Notes: generated by a model not told the origin, from the sequence alone. Positions 21,216-32,581 are shown, counted from the stretch's first letter. The stretch is DNA of 64,000 bases from Candidatus Aenigmatarchaeota archaeon (GCA_038997165.1 JAWBAK010000001.1:342108-406107), one strand, 5' to 3'. Program-made: numbers and translations.

Positions 21216-21917
21216 TTATCCTTTTTTAAAATAAGAAAGAATAGTAGAAACATTAGAAAAACCTCTTAAAACATATTTTTCATTTATTACTATTGATGGA
21301 ACAGAATTTATTTCAAATAATTCATTTAAAATTTTTATTTCATTTAAATTCCAATCTTTATCAATTATAAAGAAATAAGAATCTATATTATATTCTCTCA
21401 GCTTATCTAGTTCTTCTCCTTGATTTATGCAATCAGCTCCACAAAAAGATGAATAAAAGTATAAAAGCGTTGAAATATTTGTATCGCATTCTTTTTTATA
21501 TTTGATTGTTAAAAAATATGAAGTTGACATCATTTTCATATATTCCGATTTTAATTTCAAATATTCATCAGAGAGTTTACTTTCAAATTCATATTCTTCT
21601 ACTCGATATGGCAAGCTTTTTGCTATTACATTGAAACTATAATCTCTTACTTTATTAATTATATTTTCTAATAGTTTACATTTTGTTTTTTTGTCTAAAA
21701 AATCTAGAAATATAATTTCTTTATAAGAATTAATTTCTTCATTTAGACTTTTTGTTTGAAAGTATAGATAATTTATTTTTTCTATTAATTCTTTTGTATA
21801 AAAAAATTCGAATATTTTAAATCCCATGTAAATGCCAATAAAATAGAAAATTAGAGTTAAAATTAGGGTAAAAGAAATTATTCTAATAATATTTCTTTTT
21901 TCTCTCTTTATTTGCAT
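21216..21917 (-). CDS. Membrane-anchored protein with possible thioredoxin-like C-terminal domain
   Basis: N-terminal TM, SSFCGADC Cys pair, C-terminal INSVPSIVINEKYV like thioredoxin-fold proteins. Confidence 0.3.
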   Translation of the reverse strand: MQIKREKRNIIRIISFTLILTLIFYFIGIYMGFKIFEFFYTKELIEKINYLYFQTKSLNEEINSYKEIIFLDFLDKKTKCKLLENIINKVRDYSFNVIAKSLPYRVEEYEFESKLSDEYLKLKSEYMKMMSTSYFLTIKYKKECDTNISTLLYFYSSFCGADCINQGEELDKLREYNIDSYFFIIDKDWNLNEIKILNELFEINSVPSIVINEKYVLRGFSNVSTILSYFKKG

Positions 21918-23389
21918 ATTAATATATATAGATTAGCTTTTTCAATTTCTTTAATTATTTCTTTACAATAATTTTTTGCTTCTTCAATATTTATAAACAC
22001 CTTTTTAATATCTTCGAGCTCGAATCTAAAAACTTTTTTAAAACCAAATTCAATTGGTGATTTTTCATGCACTACATTATTTTTCCAACGATTTAAAAAT
22101 AATGTTTCGTTTAATTCTTTTTCATACCAATTAGAATCTGGAGAAAAAATTTCATAAATTGTTAGATTTCTACTTTCTACAAAATTTTCATAGTACCAAA
22201 AATGTATACTTAGATAATATGGAGTAACTATTATTTCTTCGTTTGATAAATATTTTACTATTTCGTTAATTGGAAAATAAATAAAATTTTCATTTAAAAG
22301 TAGATTTATTCTATAAATTGTATAGTCAATGAAACTAATTGGTAGTAAAATTATAAGAAAAATTTTATTGTATTGAGATAAAATAATTAAAAATGTTATT
22401 AAAAGGGCTAGAGAAGAGTATACGAATTGTCTTGAAAGTACCAAATATCTTGAAGTGATAAATGAAAAAAATATATTAAAAAATAATATTGTTAAAAAAA
22501 TTGAAAAGTAAATGAATAAGTATTTATCTCTTCTATTTTTTATTAAATAAATAAAAATAGGTATAAGAAAAAATATTTGAGTTAATATTTTTATAAATAT
22601 CGAAAAAAAAGAAGAATAATCAGAAGAAACAACAGTTTGTTCCTTATATAATTCGATTGGAAAAGTAGAAAGAAAAGTTAAATAATAATCTTTATAATTT
22701 TCATAATGTTTTGTTACTTCGCTCCAACCTTCATATATTTGAAAAAACTTAAATAGAAAAAATAAATAAAATAATAAAACAAAACTAGAAATTGATAAAA
22801 ATTTAAAACTATTTATAAAAAAATTTTTGATTTTTCTTTTTTCAAATTTTAAAAAATAAAAGAATTTTGGAATAATTAAAATAATGTTAAAATAGAAGAT
22901 TAGTAAGCTTATAGAATCAATAATAATACTTTTCTTTAAATCTTTTAAATTTTTCTTTTTTAAATATTTAACAAAGAAGAGGAAGGAAATTGAAGAGAGA
23001 AAAAACGAGAGAGAATAAGGTCTTACAAGTATAGATGAATAAATTAGAGGAGTAAGGCATAGAGAAAAAAGAACTATTATTTCTTCTATGATTCTTAGTT
23101 TTCTTATATTATTAATAATTTCTAAAATTAAAACTATACTAAACGAAATTAAAATAGAATTTATCAATCTAATATATTCAATTCTAAATGTTAAATTAGT
23201 TATTGGTTTTATAAAAAAATAGTAAGTTGGAAGCTGTGATTCCCAAGTTATACAGTTACTAAAGTAAATAGAACAATGTAAACTAACAAGTTCATCTATA
23301 AATGGATCTTTTGAAAAGGAGAACAAAAAAATTATAACAAAACTTATTATCCAATATATTAAGTACCTTTTTGTTTTTTCTTCAAGCAT
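21908..23389 (-). CDS. Polytopic membrane protein, possible GT-C type (ArnT/PMT-like) glycosyltransferase
   Basis: About 12 TM segments plus a soluble C-terminal domain, sited inside a glycosyltransferase cluster. Assignment rests on context and topology only. Confidence 0.3.
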   Translation of the reverse strand: MLEEKTKRYLIYWIISFVIIFLFSFSKDPFIDELVSLHCSIYFSNCITWESQLPTYYFFIKPITNLTFRIEYIRLINSILISFSIVLILEIINNIRKLRIIEEIIVLFSLCLTPLIYSSILVRPYSLSFFLSSISFLFFVKYLKKKNLKDLKKSIIIDSISLLIFYFNIILIIPKFFYFLKFEKRKIKNFFINSFKFLSISSFVLLFYLFFLFKFFQIYEGWSEVTKHYENYKDYYLTFLSTFPIELYKEQTVVSSDYSSFFSIFIKILTQIFFLIPIFIYLIKNRRDKYLFIYFSIFLTILFFNIFFSFITSRYLVLSRQFVYSSLALLITFLIILSQYNKIFLIILLPISFIDYTIYRINLLLNENFIYFPINEIVKYLSNEEIIVTPYYLSIHFWYYENFVESRNLTIYEIFSPDSNWYEKELNETLFLNRWKNNVVHEKSPIEFGFKKVFRFELEDIKKVFINIEEAKNYCKEIIKEIEKANLYILICK

Positions 23390-23393
23390 TTTA

Positions 23394-24473
23394 TTATATG
23401 TATACTTTTTTCATACTTAAAATATAGTTAAATAGGAATACGACAAAAATTCCAAACAAGTTTGATATTAAATAATAAATTTTAAAGATCTCAGTTAAAG
23501 TTATTAGAACTACTAATCCTATAATGATTCCTATACCTCTTACTAAGTTTGTTTTAATCATCCTTATCAAAAAATTTTTTAATCCTCTTCTTCTTAAATC
23601 TGAAAAAACTAAGAATTCACATAGAATAAAATTCCATAAAATACTTATTTCGAACGAAGCAATAGCAGAAAAAACGTAAAATATATTGAAATATTCTGTT
23701 AATAAAAATAAAAAAAATTCATTAATAAAAATTCCGCTAATTCCTACCAATGAAAATTTTAATAATCTTTTATACTCTTTTGTATCTATTAGCAATACGA
23801 AAAACAATTTTATAAAGTTTATTATTTCTTTAAAATTCATTTTAGACTTTCCATATCTTCTTTTTTCAAATTCAAATGGAACTTCTATAATTTTTAGTTT
23901 TTGTTTAGAAAGCAGTTCAAAGAGAAATTTAAAGCCTATGCATCTTATATTTTTTAAGTTTATCTTTTCTTTATTTAGTATAAAAAAACCAGAAAGAGGA
24001 TCAGATATATTTTTTAAGTTAGGAAAAAACGAAGAAATAAAATAAATTGCCGTTTTTGAAAAAATTTTTCTAATTTTAAATCCATATATTTTACTTTCTC
24101 TAAGAAACCTACTAGCTATAGCTATATCAGCATCATTTTCTATTAATTTATTATATAATATTGGAATAATTTTTGGTGGATGCTGAAAATCTGCATCCAT
24201 TACGCAAACATATTTATATTTAGCTTTTTCTATTCCAAATTTTATTGCACTTGCCAATCCTCTTTCTTTTTTTCTAACAAAAACTCTTATTCTATTATCT
24301 TTTATTTTTCTTGCTTCTTCATACGTTTTATCAGGACTATTGTCATCTACAACAATAATCTCAAAAAAATCAAAATTCTTTTCACATATCTTTATTATTT
24401 CTGGAATTATTTTTTTAATATTTTTTCTTTCATTATAAGTTGGTAATATGATTGAAATACTTTTTTTATTCAT
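23394..24473 (-). CDS. GT2 dolichyl-phosphate sugar synthase fused to a GtrA-like membrane domain
   Basis: ISIILPTYNERKNI, VVDDNSPDKT, MDADFQHPP, and a C-terminal 4-TM GtrA-like region. Confidence 0.7.
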   Translation of the reverse strand: MNKKSISIILPTYNERKNIKKIIPEIIKICEKNFDFFEIIVVDDNSPDKTYEEARKIKDNRIRVFVRKKERGLASAIKFGIEKAKYKYVCVMDADFQHPPKIIPILYNKLIENDADIAIASRFLRESKIYGFKIRKIFSKTAIYFISSFFPNLKNISDPLSGFFILNKEKINLKNIRCIGFKFLFELLSKQKLKIIEVPFEFEKRRYGKSKMNFKEIINFIKLFFVLLIDTKEYKRLLKFSLVGISGIFINEFFLFLLTEYFNIFYVFSAIASFEISILWNFILCEFLVFSDLRRRGLKNFLIRMIKTNLVRGIGIIIGLVVLITLTEIFKIYYLISNLFGIFVVFLFNYILSMKKVYI

Positions 24474-24479
24474 AATATT

Positions 24480-25742
24480 ATGGATAAATTTATTTTTTAC
24501 TATGTCTCTTTACTAATTCATAATATAGCATTAATACCAGTGGTATTTTTTTCTTTTTTATTTTACTTAATGCTAATATTTCATTTATTTCTTTCTGATA
24601 CTAAAGAAAGATGTAAACTTAAAAAAAATTTTTATCCATTTATATCTATACATATTCCAGTTTATAATGATTTAATAGCTATTAGATGTATTAAAAAATG
24701 TTTAGAATTAGATTATCCAAAAAATAAATATGAAATAATTGTTATAGATGATAGTGATGATGAAAATGTAAAAAAAGCTATTGATAATTTTAAAGATAAA
24801 ATAAAAATATTAAGAAGAAATACAAGAGAAGGATTTAAGGCGGGTGCACTAAATTATGCATTAAAATATTCAAAGGGAGATATAATTGTAATTTTTGATA
24901 GTGATGAAATTCCACCAAAAAACTTTTTAAGAGAAATTGTTAAATATTTTAGTGACAAAAAAATTGCCATGGTTCAAGCAAGACTAAATATTTACAATTC
25001 TAATCAGAATTTAATTACTAAATTTGCAAGTTTATTACTAAGTTTTTATTACAATATAATTCTTTCTTTATTTTATAGATACGAAGCATATCATTGTGCG
25101 GGTTCTGCTGTTGCAATAAGAAAAGATGTATTATTAAAATTGGGTGGTTGGAATCAAAAAAGTGTAACAGAAGATGCCGACTTTAGTTTAAAATTAGTAT
25201 TAAATGGATATAAAGCAGTTTATGTTAATAATTTAAAAGTTAAAGCAGAAGTTCCATTTTCTTTAATTAGTTTTCTTAAACAGCAAGCAAGATGGACTTT
25301 TGGTTTGGTTAGAGGATTCATAGAAAATTGGAAAAAGATAATTTTTTCTGATCTAATCAATATTAAACAGAAAAGCCTAATATTTTTTCAAATGTTTTTA
25401 AATTATTTGCTTGGAATTTTTATATTAATTTTTACATTTTCAGGATTTTTTGTATTTATTTTTGGTGAGCCAAGAGAAGCTACTTTAGAAGATTTAGTAA
25501 AAACTTTTTCTATATTCTTTTTGACTTCAGGATTCTTATCAAATCTATATTATATAGCTTTGAAAGAAAAAATAAAAGTTAAGTTTGAATTAATTTTTGT
25601 TCTTTTAACACTTGGATTTATTTTATTAATAAATAATTCAATATATTTTTTGAAGGCTTTTTTTACTGATAAATTTTATTGGCATGTAACGCCAAAATCA
25701 CTTAGTAAGCCATCTCAGCTTTTTAAAAAGAATAAAAAATAA
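24480..25742 (+). CDS. Membrane GT2 glycosyltransferase, processive type
   Basis: IPVYND, IDDSDD, FDSDE, and the QxxRW motif (QQARWTFG) flanked by TM segments. Confidence 0.65.
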   Translation: MDKFIFYYVSLLIHNIALIPVVFFSFLFYLMLIFHLFLSDTKERCKLKKNFYPFISIHIPVYNDLIAIRCIKKCLELDYPKNKYEIIVIDDSDDENVKKAIDNFKDKIKILRRNTREGFKAGALNYALKYSKGDIIVIFDSDEIPPKNFLREIVKYFSDKKIAMVQARLNIYNSNQNLITKFASLLLSFYYNIILSLFYRYEAYHCAGSAVAIRKDVLLKLGGWNQKSVTEDADFSLKLVLNGYKAVYVNNLKVKAEVPFSLISFLKQQARWTFGLVRGFIENWKKIIFSDLINIKQKSLIFFQMFLNYLLGIFILIFTFSGFFVFIFGEPREATLEDLVKTFSIFFLTSGFLSNLYYIALKEKIKVKFELIFVLLTLGFILLINNSIYFLKAFFTDKFYWHVTPKSLSKPSQLFKKNKK

Positions 25743-26948
25743 AGTAAACAACATTATAATATTTTGAAAAAGAAAATATGGAAAAACAAAAAAGGAAATT
25801 AGAAAATCTTTTATATCTTTTTCTTTAAAATAAATTAAAGAAATTAAAATTAAGATAAATGTTAGAATTCCTGATAAGACTCCTAAAAAAGAGGCAATGT
25901 GAAATTGCCAAATTCCAAGTGTAACTTTATATAAATAATTAATATTTCCAAAAAACGAGAACCAAAAGAAAAAATACATAAAAATTTCTATTAAATTTTT
26001 CTGAAATTGTAGCCAATAAAATATTTGATAAATAATTAAAGGAAAAATTATTAAAGAGAAAGGAAACCAAAAAATAGTTAATGGTAAGCTATATAGACCT
26101 AAAGAGGAATATTTTGGATTAAAAATTACATTTTTATAATCTTTTATGCATTGAAAGATTAAACTATTCCATCTAATTCTTTGCTTTGCAAAACTCTTTA
26201 AATTATTAGGAGCAATTGTATATGCAATGATATTTTTATCTATTAATACTTTATAGCCTTTCATTTGAATTCTTATTATAGTATCTATGTCTTCGCTATA
26301 ACTTTCTTTGAACATTACTTTCTTCAAAACATCTTTTCTAAACATAGTAGCGCAACCCCAAATATATAAGGTTCCTAATTTTAGCGAATTTAATCCAAAT
26401 CTAATTAAATTTTGATAATTGTATTCAACATTTTGAAAATATGTTATTAAGTTATTCTTATTTTTTATTTTTAAGGCAGAGGTTACTACGGCAATTTTCT
26501 TATCTAAGTAAAAATTTTCTACCATTTTTTTAATAGCATTTTTATTTTCAAGAACTGTATCAGCATCGATAATAAGAATAAAATTTCCTTTACTTTTTTT
26601 TATTCCATAATTTAATGCAAAATGTTTTCCTCTGTTTTTTTCAAATCTATATACTTTTGCATATTTTTTTGCTATTTTGCTAGTATTATCTTTTGATCCA
26701 TCATCTATAACAATTATTTCCAAATTTGGATAATTTTGAGATTTTATATTTTTTAAAGTATTTTCTATATTATTTTCTTCGTTATAGGCAGGTATTAATA
26801 CAGTAACTTTTGGATATTTTTTAATATTTAATTTTCTTTTTGGAGCTTTATTAAGCAAAGATTTAAGAAATAAAAATAACCAGCTTAAAAGTATTATATC
26901 TAAAGCTAATAAAGGAAAAATTGAAATATTTAATACAATATCAATCAT
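25698..26948 (-). CDS. Membrane GT2 glycosyltransferase, processive type
   Basis: IPAYNEENNI, IDDGSKDNT, IDADT, QxxRW (KQRIRWNS), TM-rich C-terminus. Convergent overlap with the previous GT2 gene. Confidence 0.65.
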   Translation of the reverse strand: MIDIVLNISIFPLLALDIILLSWLFLFLKSLLNKAPKRKLNIKKYPKVTVLIPAYNEENNIENTLKNIKSQNYPNLEIIVIDDGSKDNTSKIAKKYAKVYRFEKNRGKHFALNYGIKKSKGNFILIIDADTVLENKNAIKKMVENFYLDKKIAVVTSALKIKNKNNLITYFQNVEYNYQNLIRFGLNSLKLGTLYIWGCATMFRKDVLKKVMFKESYSEDIDTIIRIQMKGYKVLIDKNIIAYTIAPNNLKSFAKQRIRWNSLIFQCIKDYKNVIFNPKYSSLGLYSLPLTIFWFPFSLIIFPLIIYQIFYWLQFQKNLIEIFMYFFFWFSFFGNINYLYKVTLGIWQFHIASFLGVLSGILTFILILISLIYFKEKDIKDFLISFFVFPYFLFQNIIMLFTLFFILFKKLRWLTK

Positions 26949-26990
26949 AATGGAAAATTAATTGATCAAAATTTATTAAATTATGTAGAT

Positions 26991-27062
26991 GGCCCGGTTA
27001 GTGTAGTGGCAGCACAGGGGCCTGTGGAGCCCCTAGGCCGGGTTCGAATCCCGGGCCGGGCC
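26991..27062 (+). tRNA. tRNA-His (GTG) with genome-encoded G-1
   Basis: G-GCCCGGT..GGGGC-CTGTGGA-GCCCC..CCGGGTTCGAATCCCGG-GCCGGGC-C. The extra 5' G lies opposite discriminator C73. Confidence 0.9.
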
Positions 27063-27093
27063 TTAATAGAATAAAATTCATTTTAAATTGTAA

Positions 27094-27880
<787 letters not shown>

Positions 27881-27907
27881 ACATATATTAGGAAATTATA
27901 TAAATTT

Positions 27908-28228
27908 ATGCTATTTAAAAAATCTTTTGTTTTGATAATTTTTCTAATTCTTTTTTTATCTATTTCTTTTTCCTTTGAGGAAAAAATAAATAATATAATT
28001 TCCTTTCCTATGAAAATTGGAGAATTTCTATATAAAAATTTTGGTTTAGAAAATTTGGTTGGAAAATATTTAAAGACTTTAAGCGAACCAACTAAAACAA
28101 TAGTAGTTATAATTTTTCTGATTATTTTAATTTTTATTTTTATATTTTTTATAAAAAATTTAATTTTATCAATAATTGCTTTTTTAATTTTTTGTTTAAT
28201 AATTTATTTATTATTTCAATTTTTTTAA
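27908..28228 (+). CDS. Small membrane protein, uncharacterised
   Basis: The ORF-track start at 27854 overlaps the uL23 start. The internal Met at 27908 (MLFKKSFVL...) gives a signal-like N-terminus. Confidence 0.3.
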   Translation: MLFKKSFVLIIFLILFLSISFSFEEKINNIISFPMKIGEFLYKNFGLENLVGKYLKTLSEPTKTIVVIIFLIILIFIFIFFIKNLILSIIAFLIFCLIIYLLFQFF

Positions 28229-28229
28229 T

Positions 28230-28751
28230 ATGGTAAAAAAATTTTATTATATTCTTCATCCAAGACCTGTATATATTATAGGTTCTGGAAGTGTTAAAAA
28301 TAATGAAATAAATTTTATGGCAGCATCTTGGGTAATGCCAGTAGCAGAGGATGTACCTTCAATATGTTTAGCATGTGATAAAGAGCATAAAACTTTTGAA
28401 TTAATTGAAAAATATAAACAATTTTCTGTTAATGTTGTGGAGGATATAAATTTAATTTGGAAAGTTGGAAGTATAAGTGGGAAAAAAATAGATAAAGTAA
28501 GAGAATTTGGACTAAAAGTAATTAGTGGAAAAGTTTTAGATGTTCCTATTTTAGAAAATAATTTAGCTTTTTTAGAAACTAAAGTTATAAATTTTATAGA
28601 TATAGGTGAGGTTAGATTATATATATCAGAAGTAAAGAATTTTGGAGGAAACTTAGAAGAATATGGAATAAAAGAATATTGGAAAATTCCATTACATAGA
28701 GGCGGAAAAGTTTTTGTAAACATTTCAAAAGGATTAAAGTTTATTAAATAG
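28230..28751 (+). CDS. Flavin reductase-like (FMN-binding split barrel) protein
   Basis: LHPRPVYIIGS...NFMAASWVMPV matches the flavin reductase domain N-terminal pattern. Confidence 0.55.
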   Translation: MVKKFYYILHPRPVYIIGSGSVKNNEINFMAASWVMPVAEDVPSICLACDKEHKTFELIEKYKQFSVNVVEDINLIWKVGSISGKKIDKVREFGLKVISGKVLDVPILENNLAFLETKVINFIDIGEVRLYISEVKNFGGNLEEYGIKEYWKIPLHRGGKVFVNISKGLKFIK

Positions 28752-28764
28752 TTAAAAATATTAT

Positions 28765-29382
28765 ATGACAAAAACATTTAAAATCAAAATTAAATTATCT
28801 TATATAATAGCAATTCTAATAGTTTCTTTAATTTTTATTATTATCTTTTTTAATTCTTTTAGATTTAGTGAAAATGAAATTAAATTAAAAGATTTAATAG
28901 ACAGTAATGATATAATAATTGGAAACACTTCTTCTAATATAATTTTAATTGAATATAGTAGTTTTGATTGTTCAGCATGTAGATTTTTTCATTTAAATTA
29001 TTTTGATAATATAGAAGATGCAATAAAAAATAATAAAATAGCATATGTTTTAAGATTAATACCTCTAAAAAGAAATGAATTAAGTATAAATCTTATTAAA
29101 ATTGCTTATTGTTCTATGAAATTAAAAAACTCTTTAGATGTTATTAAGTATATTTTCAAAAATTATGTAGATATAAATTCTGTTGAAGATATTTATAAAG
29201 TTTTTAATGAAGATATTTCTGAATTAAAAACTTGCGTAAATAGTATAGAAGCTGAAAATTATGTAAAGAGTTGTTATAAAAAATTTATTGAAAATAAAAT
29301 TGAAGGTACACCAACCTTTGTTTTAATTAAAGATGGTGAAATTAAAAAAATTGTTGGTGCTCAACCAATAAATTTAAATTAA
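28765..29382 (+). CDS. Membrane-anchored DsbA/thioredoxin-like oxidoreductase
   Basis: N-terminal TM, CSAC (CxxC) in FDCSACRFF, C-terminal EGTPTFVLIKDGE. Confidence 0.55.
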   Translation: MTKTFKIKIKLSYIIAILIVSLIFIIIFFNSFRFSENEIKLKDLIDSNDIIIGNTSSNIILIEYSSFDCSACRFFHLNYFDNIEDAIKNNKIAYVLRLIPLKRNELSINLIKIAYCSMKLKNSLDVIKYIFKNYVDINSVEDIYKVFNEDISELKTCVNSIEAENYVKSCYKKFIENKIEGTPTFVLIKDGEIKKIVGAQPINLN

Positions 29383-30963
29383 GAGGCTAATATTTATTTC
29401 AGCTATAATTGTTGGCATAAAAATTTCAAAGTCTGTTAAAATTTCTGGATGTATTTCTCCTAAAAATCCAACAATTTTATTATTTGAAATTATATATGCT
29501 TGCCTTCCTTCAATAAAAAATTCTAAATTACTTTCTTTTAATTCAAAATTAATTTTCAAATTTCTAAATAATTCTTCTAGAACTGAAATCATTTCTGATA
29601 AATTTGCTTTATCGTAACATAATGCTATTGCTAAACTTCTATATTCTTCTAAATCCCTAACTATATAACCAATTTCAAAAATATTTTGTGGATATTCTTT
29701 TGATGTATTTTTTGATAAGAATAATAATAAACTTGGAAATAAATAATTTCTTAAAACGCTATATTCTTCGCTTACAGGATTTAATAATTTTGTTGGTTTA
29801 TCTTTTATTTTAGCTTTTTCCAAAGTTTTTTGATTTATTAATGTTGGATTGATAACTTCTAGAAATTTCATTCCAATAAGAATTTCTCTTATTTTATTTT
29901 CAAACTCTTCTCTTTCATGAATTTTTCCGATAGTTATGGTTCTGGGTTCTTTTAATTCAAAATTATTATAACCATAAGCAATTGCAATATCTTCAATTAC
30001 ATCTCTTTTATGTAATATATCAACTCTATAATAAGGAATTATAACATCAATATCTTCTTCATTTAAAGTTATTACTTCATATCCCATTTTTTCTAATAGT
30101 CTTTTTATTTCTTCTACTTTCAGTTCTAATCCTAAGATTTTGTTAACTTCACTTCTTTTTATTCTAATTATTTCATTATCTATTTCTGGGAATTCTTTTT
30201 CGTTAAGATAAACTTTTTGTGGTATTCCAAAAAAAGAAAAGAAATAAATTAAAATTTTAGTTACAATATCAACACTTCTTTTATCAGTTCCAGTAATATC
30301 AACGAAAATATTTTTAGTATTAACTGTTAATTTTGTTTTTTCAGAATTTAAAATAGGGGGAAAAGAAATAATAGATTCTTCATCATAAATTGCTGGATAT
30401 GGCTCATAAATTAAATTTCTATATTCTTTTCCCTTATCTGTTATTTCCAAAATTTCTTTTAATGTCATTTCATTTTCATAGGTTAGCGGAATCATTTTTT
30501 CATTTGGCAAAGCCTCTCTATAGAAAATTTTTCCCTTTATTTTATCTAGATCATGAATTCCTATTGCAACTAATTTTCTATTTCTTCCGACATATTTATG
30601 TAAAATTTCTTGAAATTCAATAATTTTTCTGAGAAGAGATTCATTCATAGATACATTTTTAACTACAAAACATGAAAAAAACTCTCTACATCTAACTTTA
30701 TTACTATAATAAACTTTTACATTAGAATTTTCCATTTCAATTTTTTTAATACTTCCGCCAAAAACAAAATCTTTAATACCTTTTAAAAATCCTTCTTCAA
30801 AAAATAAATCTATTCTATCAGAAGTTATTGTAATTTTAATTTTATTATCGCTAATTTCTTCTACTTCTGGCTTAAAATTTTCTATAATTTCTATTATTTT
30901 TTCGTTATTATCAATTTCCAATTCTTTTTTTATTTTTTGTAGATCAAATTCAAGTGTTGGCAT
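29374..30963 (-). CDS. pheT: Phenylalanine--tRNA ligase beta subunit (archaeal)
   Basis: MPTLEF N-terminus, ~530 aa, B3/4-B5-like layout, directly downstream of pheS. Confidence 0.85.
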   Translation of the reverse strand: MPTLEFDLQKIKKELEIDNNEKIIEIIENFKPEVEEISDNKIKITITSDRIDLFFEEGFLKGIKDFVFGGSIKKIEMENSNVKVYYSNKVRCREFFSCFVVKNVSMNESLLRKIIEFQEILHKYVGRNRKLVAIGIHDLDKIKGKIFYREALPNEKMIPLTYENEMTLKEILEITDKGKEYRNLIYEPYPAIYDEESIISFPPILNSEKTKLTVNTKNIFVDITGTDKRSVDIVTKILIYFFSFFGIPQKVYLNEKEFPEIDNEIIRIKRSEVNKILGLELKVEEIKRLLEKMGYEVITLNEEDIDVIIPYYRVDILHKRDVIEDIAIAYGYNNFELKEPRTITIGKIHEREEFENKIREILIGMKFLEVINPTLINQKTLEKAKIKDKPTKLLNPVSEEYSVLRNYLFPSLLLFLSKNTSKEYPQNIFEIGYIVRDLEEYRSLAIALCYDKANLSEMISVLEELFRNLKINFELKESNLEFFIEGRQAYIISNNKIVGFLGEIHPEILTDFEIFMPTIIAEINISLLI

Positions 30964-30964
30964 A

Positions 30965-32419
30965 TTACATATTTCTTAAAATATCAATATTTTGAGACAT
31001 TATGTCTCTTATATCATTTATTCCTGTTTTTAGCATAACTAGTCTACCTATTCCAATTCCCCAAGCTAATACTGGCAAATCAATATTAAATGGTTTTGTA
31101 ACTTCTTCTCTAAATATTCCTGCACCACCAACTTCGATATATTTATTTCCAATTTTTACGAAAACTTCAACACTAGGTTCTGTAAAAGGAAAATAAGCAG
31201 GTTTAAACTTAACTTCTTCGCTTCCAAAAATTTTAACTAATTCTTTTAAAATATAGAGTAGATTACTGAAGTTTAAATCTTTATCAACTATAATCCCTTC
31301 TAATTGATCGAATTCAACAAAATGTTTTGCATCAATAGTATCTGGTCTAAATACTCTATCAATTGCAAACATTTTTAATGGAATTTTTACTTCTTTTTTA
31401 CTTATTTTATATAAAACTCTAGCACTTATTGCTGTATTATGACTTCTTAATATGTATTTCTTAGCTAATTTTTCATCGAAATATTCCCAACTCTTAGAAA
31501 ATTTCCCAAGATGAGATTCTTTAACATTTTCAAAAATTTCTTTATCTATTTCAGCTTCTTTGTCTGTATCAATATAATAAATGTCATGAATATCTCTAGC
31601 TACATGTCTACTTGGCATAAATAGTGCGTCGCAATTCCAAAAGTTACATTCTATAATTTTTCCTTTAAATTCTTGAAATCCTAATGAAATTAAAAATTTT
31701 CTTACTTCATTCAAAATTCTATTATAGAAATGAATTTTTCCAGGATAAATTCTACCAGCGCTAACTAGTTCATATTTTTTAAATTTTTTGTTTTTCCATA
31801 ATCCTTTCTTTAGAATTTCTGAAGTCAAAACAGTAATTTCTTCTTCAACTTCAAATTCTTGATTTTTTGCGAACTCTGTTAATTTTATAAATCTTTTTTT
31901 AATAATCTTTTCTTCAACAATTTTCCTTTTTATAAATTCTGCTAAAATTTCTTTTTCCCCTTCTTTAATGTCTTCTTCATTCTTTTCAAATTTTAATTCT
32001 TCTAGAAATATTTCTTTTGGCATTTTTTTGTTTAAATATTCTATGGCATTTTCACTTAGTTGTATTTCCCCTCTTATAATAGAAATTAATTTATCATTTT
32101 TTAGCCAAATAATTCCTATTTCAGCGTTTTTATATTTTGTACTAAGTTCGCCTGCATTAGTAATACCTTTTGAAATTAATTCTAAAACTTTTCTTTCTGG
32201 TAGCCCCTCTTCTAAATATTTTTTTCCTTCTTGAGATAGAGAAAAAACCTTTTTTTCTTCAATTTCTATTTCAATTAAGTTTTTTAATTTTAAATTTTGT
32301 AATAATCTTTCAACTAAATCTTTATTTAATTTACATTTCTCTACTAAATCTTCAAAACTAATTTTTTCATTTTCTTTTAATACATTAATTATTTCATATT
32401 CTTCTTTTGAAATCCTCAT
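30965..32419 (-). CDS. pheS: Phenylalanine--tRNA ligase alpha subunit
   Basis: Class II motifs FRPDTIDAKHFVEFDQLEG and GAGIFREEV...LAWGIGIGRL. Confidence 0.9.
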   Translation of the reverse strand: MRISKEEYEIINVLKENEKISFEDLVEKCKLNKDLVERLLQNLKLKNLIEIEIEEKKVFSLSQEGKKYLEEGLPERKVLELISKGITNAGELSTKYKNAEIGIIWLKNDKLISIIRGEIQLSENAIEYLNKKMPKEIFLEELKFEKNEEDIKEGEKEILAEFIKRKIVEEKIIKKRFIKLTEFAKNQEFEVEEEITVLTSEILKKGLWKNKKFKKYELVSAGRIYPGKIHFYNRILNEVRKFLISLGFQEFKGKIIECNFWNCDALFMPSRHVARDIHDIYYIDTDKEAEIDKEIFENVKESHLGKFSKSWEYFDEKLAKKYILRSHNTAISARVLYKISKKEVKIPLKMFAIDRVFRPDTIDAKHFVEFDQLEGIIVDKDLNFSNLLYILKELVKIFGSEEVKFKPAYFPFTEPSVEVFVKIGNKYIEVGGAGIFREEVTKPFNIDLPVLAWGIGIGRLVMLKTGINDIRDIMSQNIDILRNM

Positions 32420-32458
32420 AAAAATTCTAAATTATAGACATAATTTTATTAATTTATT

Positions 32459-32532
32459 GGGGCCGTAGTCTAGCCTGGTAGCGACGCCGGCTTGGGGTGC
32501 CGGTAGCCCGAGTTCAAATCTCGGCGGCCCCA
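32459..32532 (+). tRNA. tRNA-Pro (GGG)
   Basis: GGGGCCG..CCGGC-TTGGGGT-GCCGG..CCGAGTTCAAATCTCGG-CGGCCCC-A. Confidence 0.9.
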
Positions 32533-32581
32533 AGTATTATACTAAATGATTTTTCAAAAAGTCTTAGATTAATATTATTAT

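Noticed and set aside
20916-21269. 117-aa ORF spanning the spacer between convergent genes.
   Set aside because: It overlaps the ends of both neighbours, is low-complexity, and contains the 19-nt tandem repeat. It is probably non-coding.
28256-28777. 173-aa ORF antisense to the flavin reductase-like gene. Many similar antisense ORFs are in the track: 306..512, 320..625, 826..1044, 6376..6558, 11241..11453, 15238..15447, 18583..18816, 23686..24045, 24180..24446, 30390..30623, 31002..31196, 31968..32234, 32170..32361, 34226..34420, 36238..36603, 37808..38032, 42964..43161, 44239..44448, 47282..47482, 50859..51284 and 63022..63324.
   Set aside because: Each lies fully inside a longer ORF on the opposite strand that has recognisable family motifs. 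Their translations are low-complexity F/I/L/S/K-rich shadows, as expected from AT-rich DNA.
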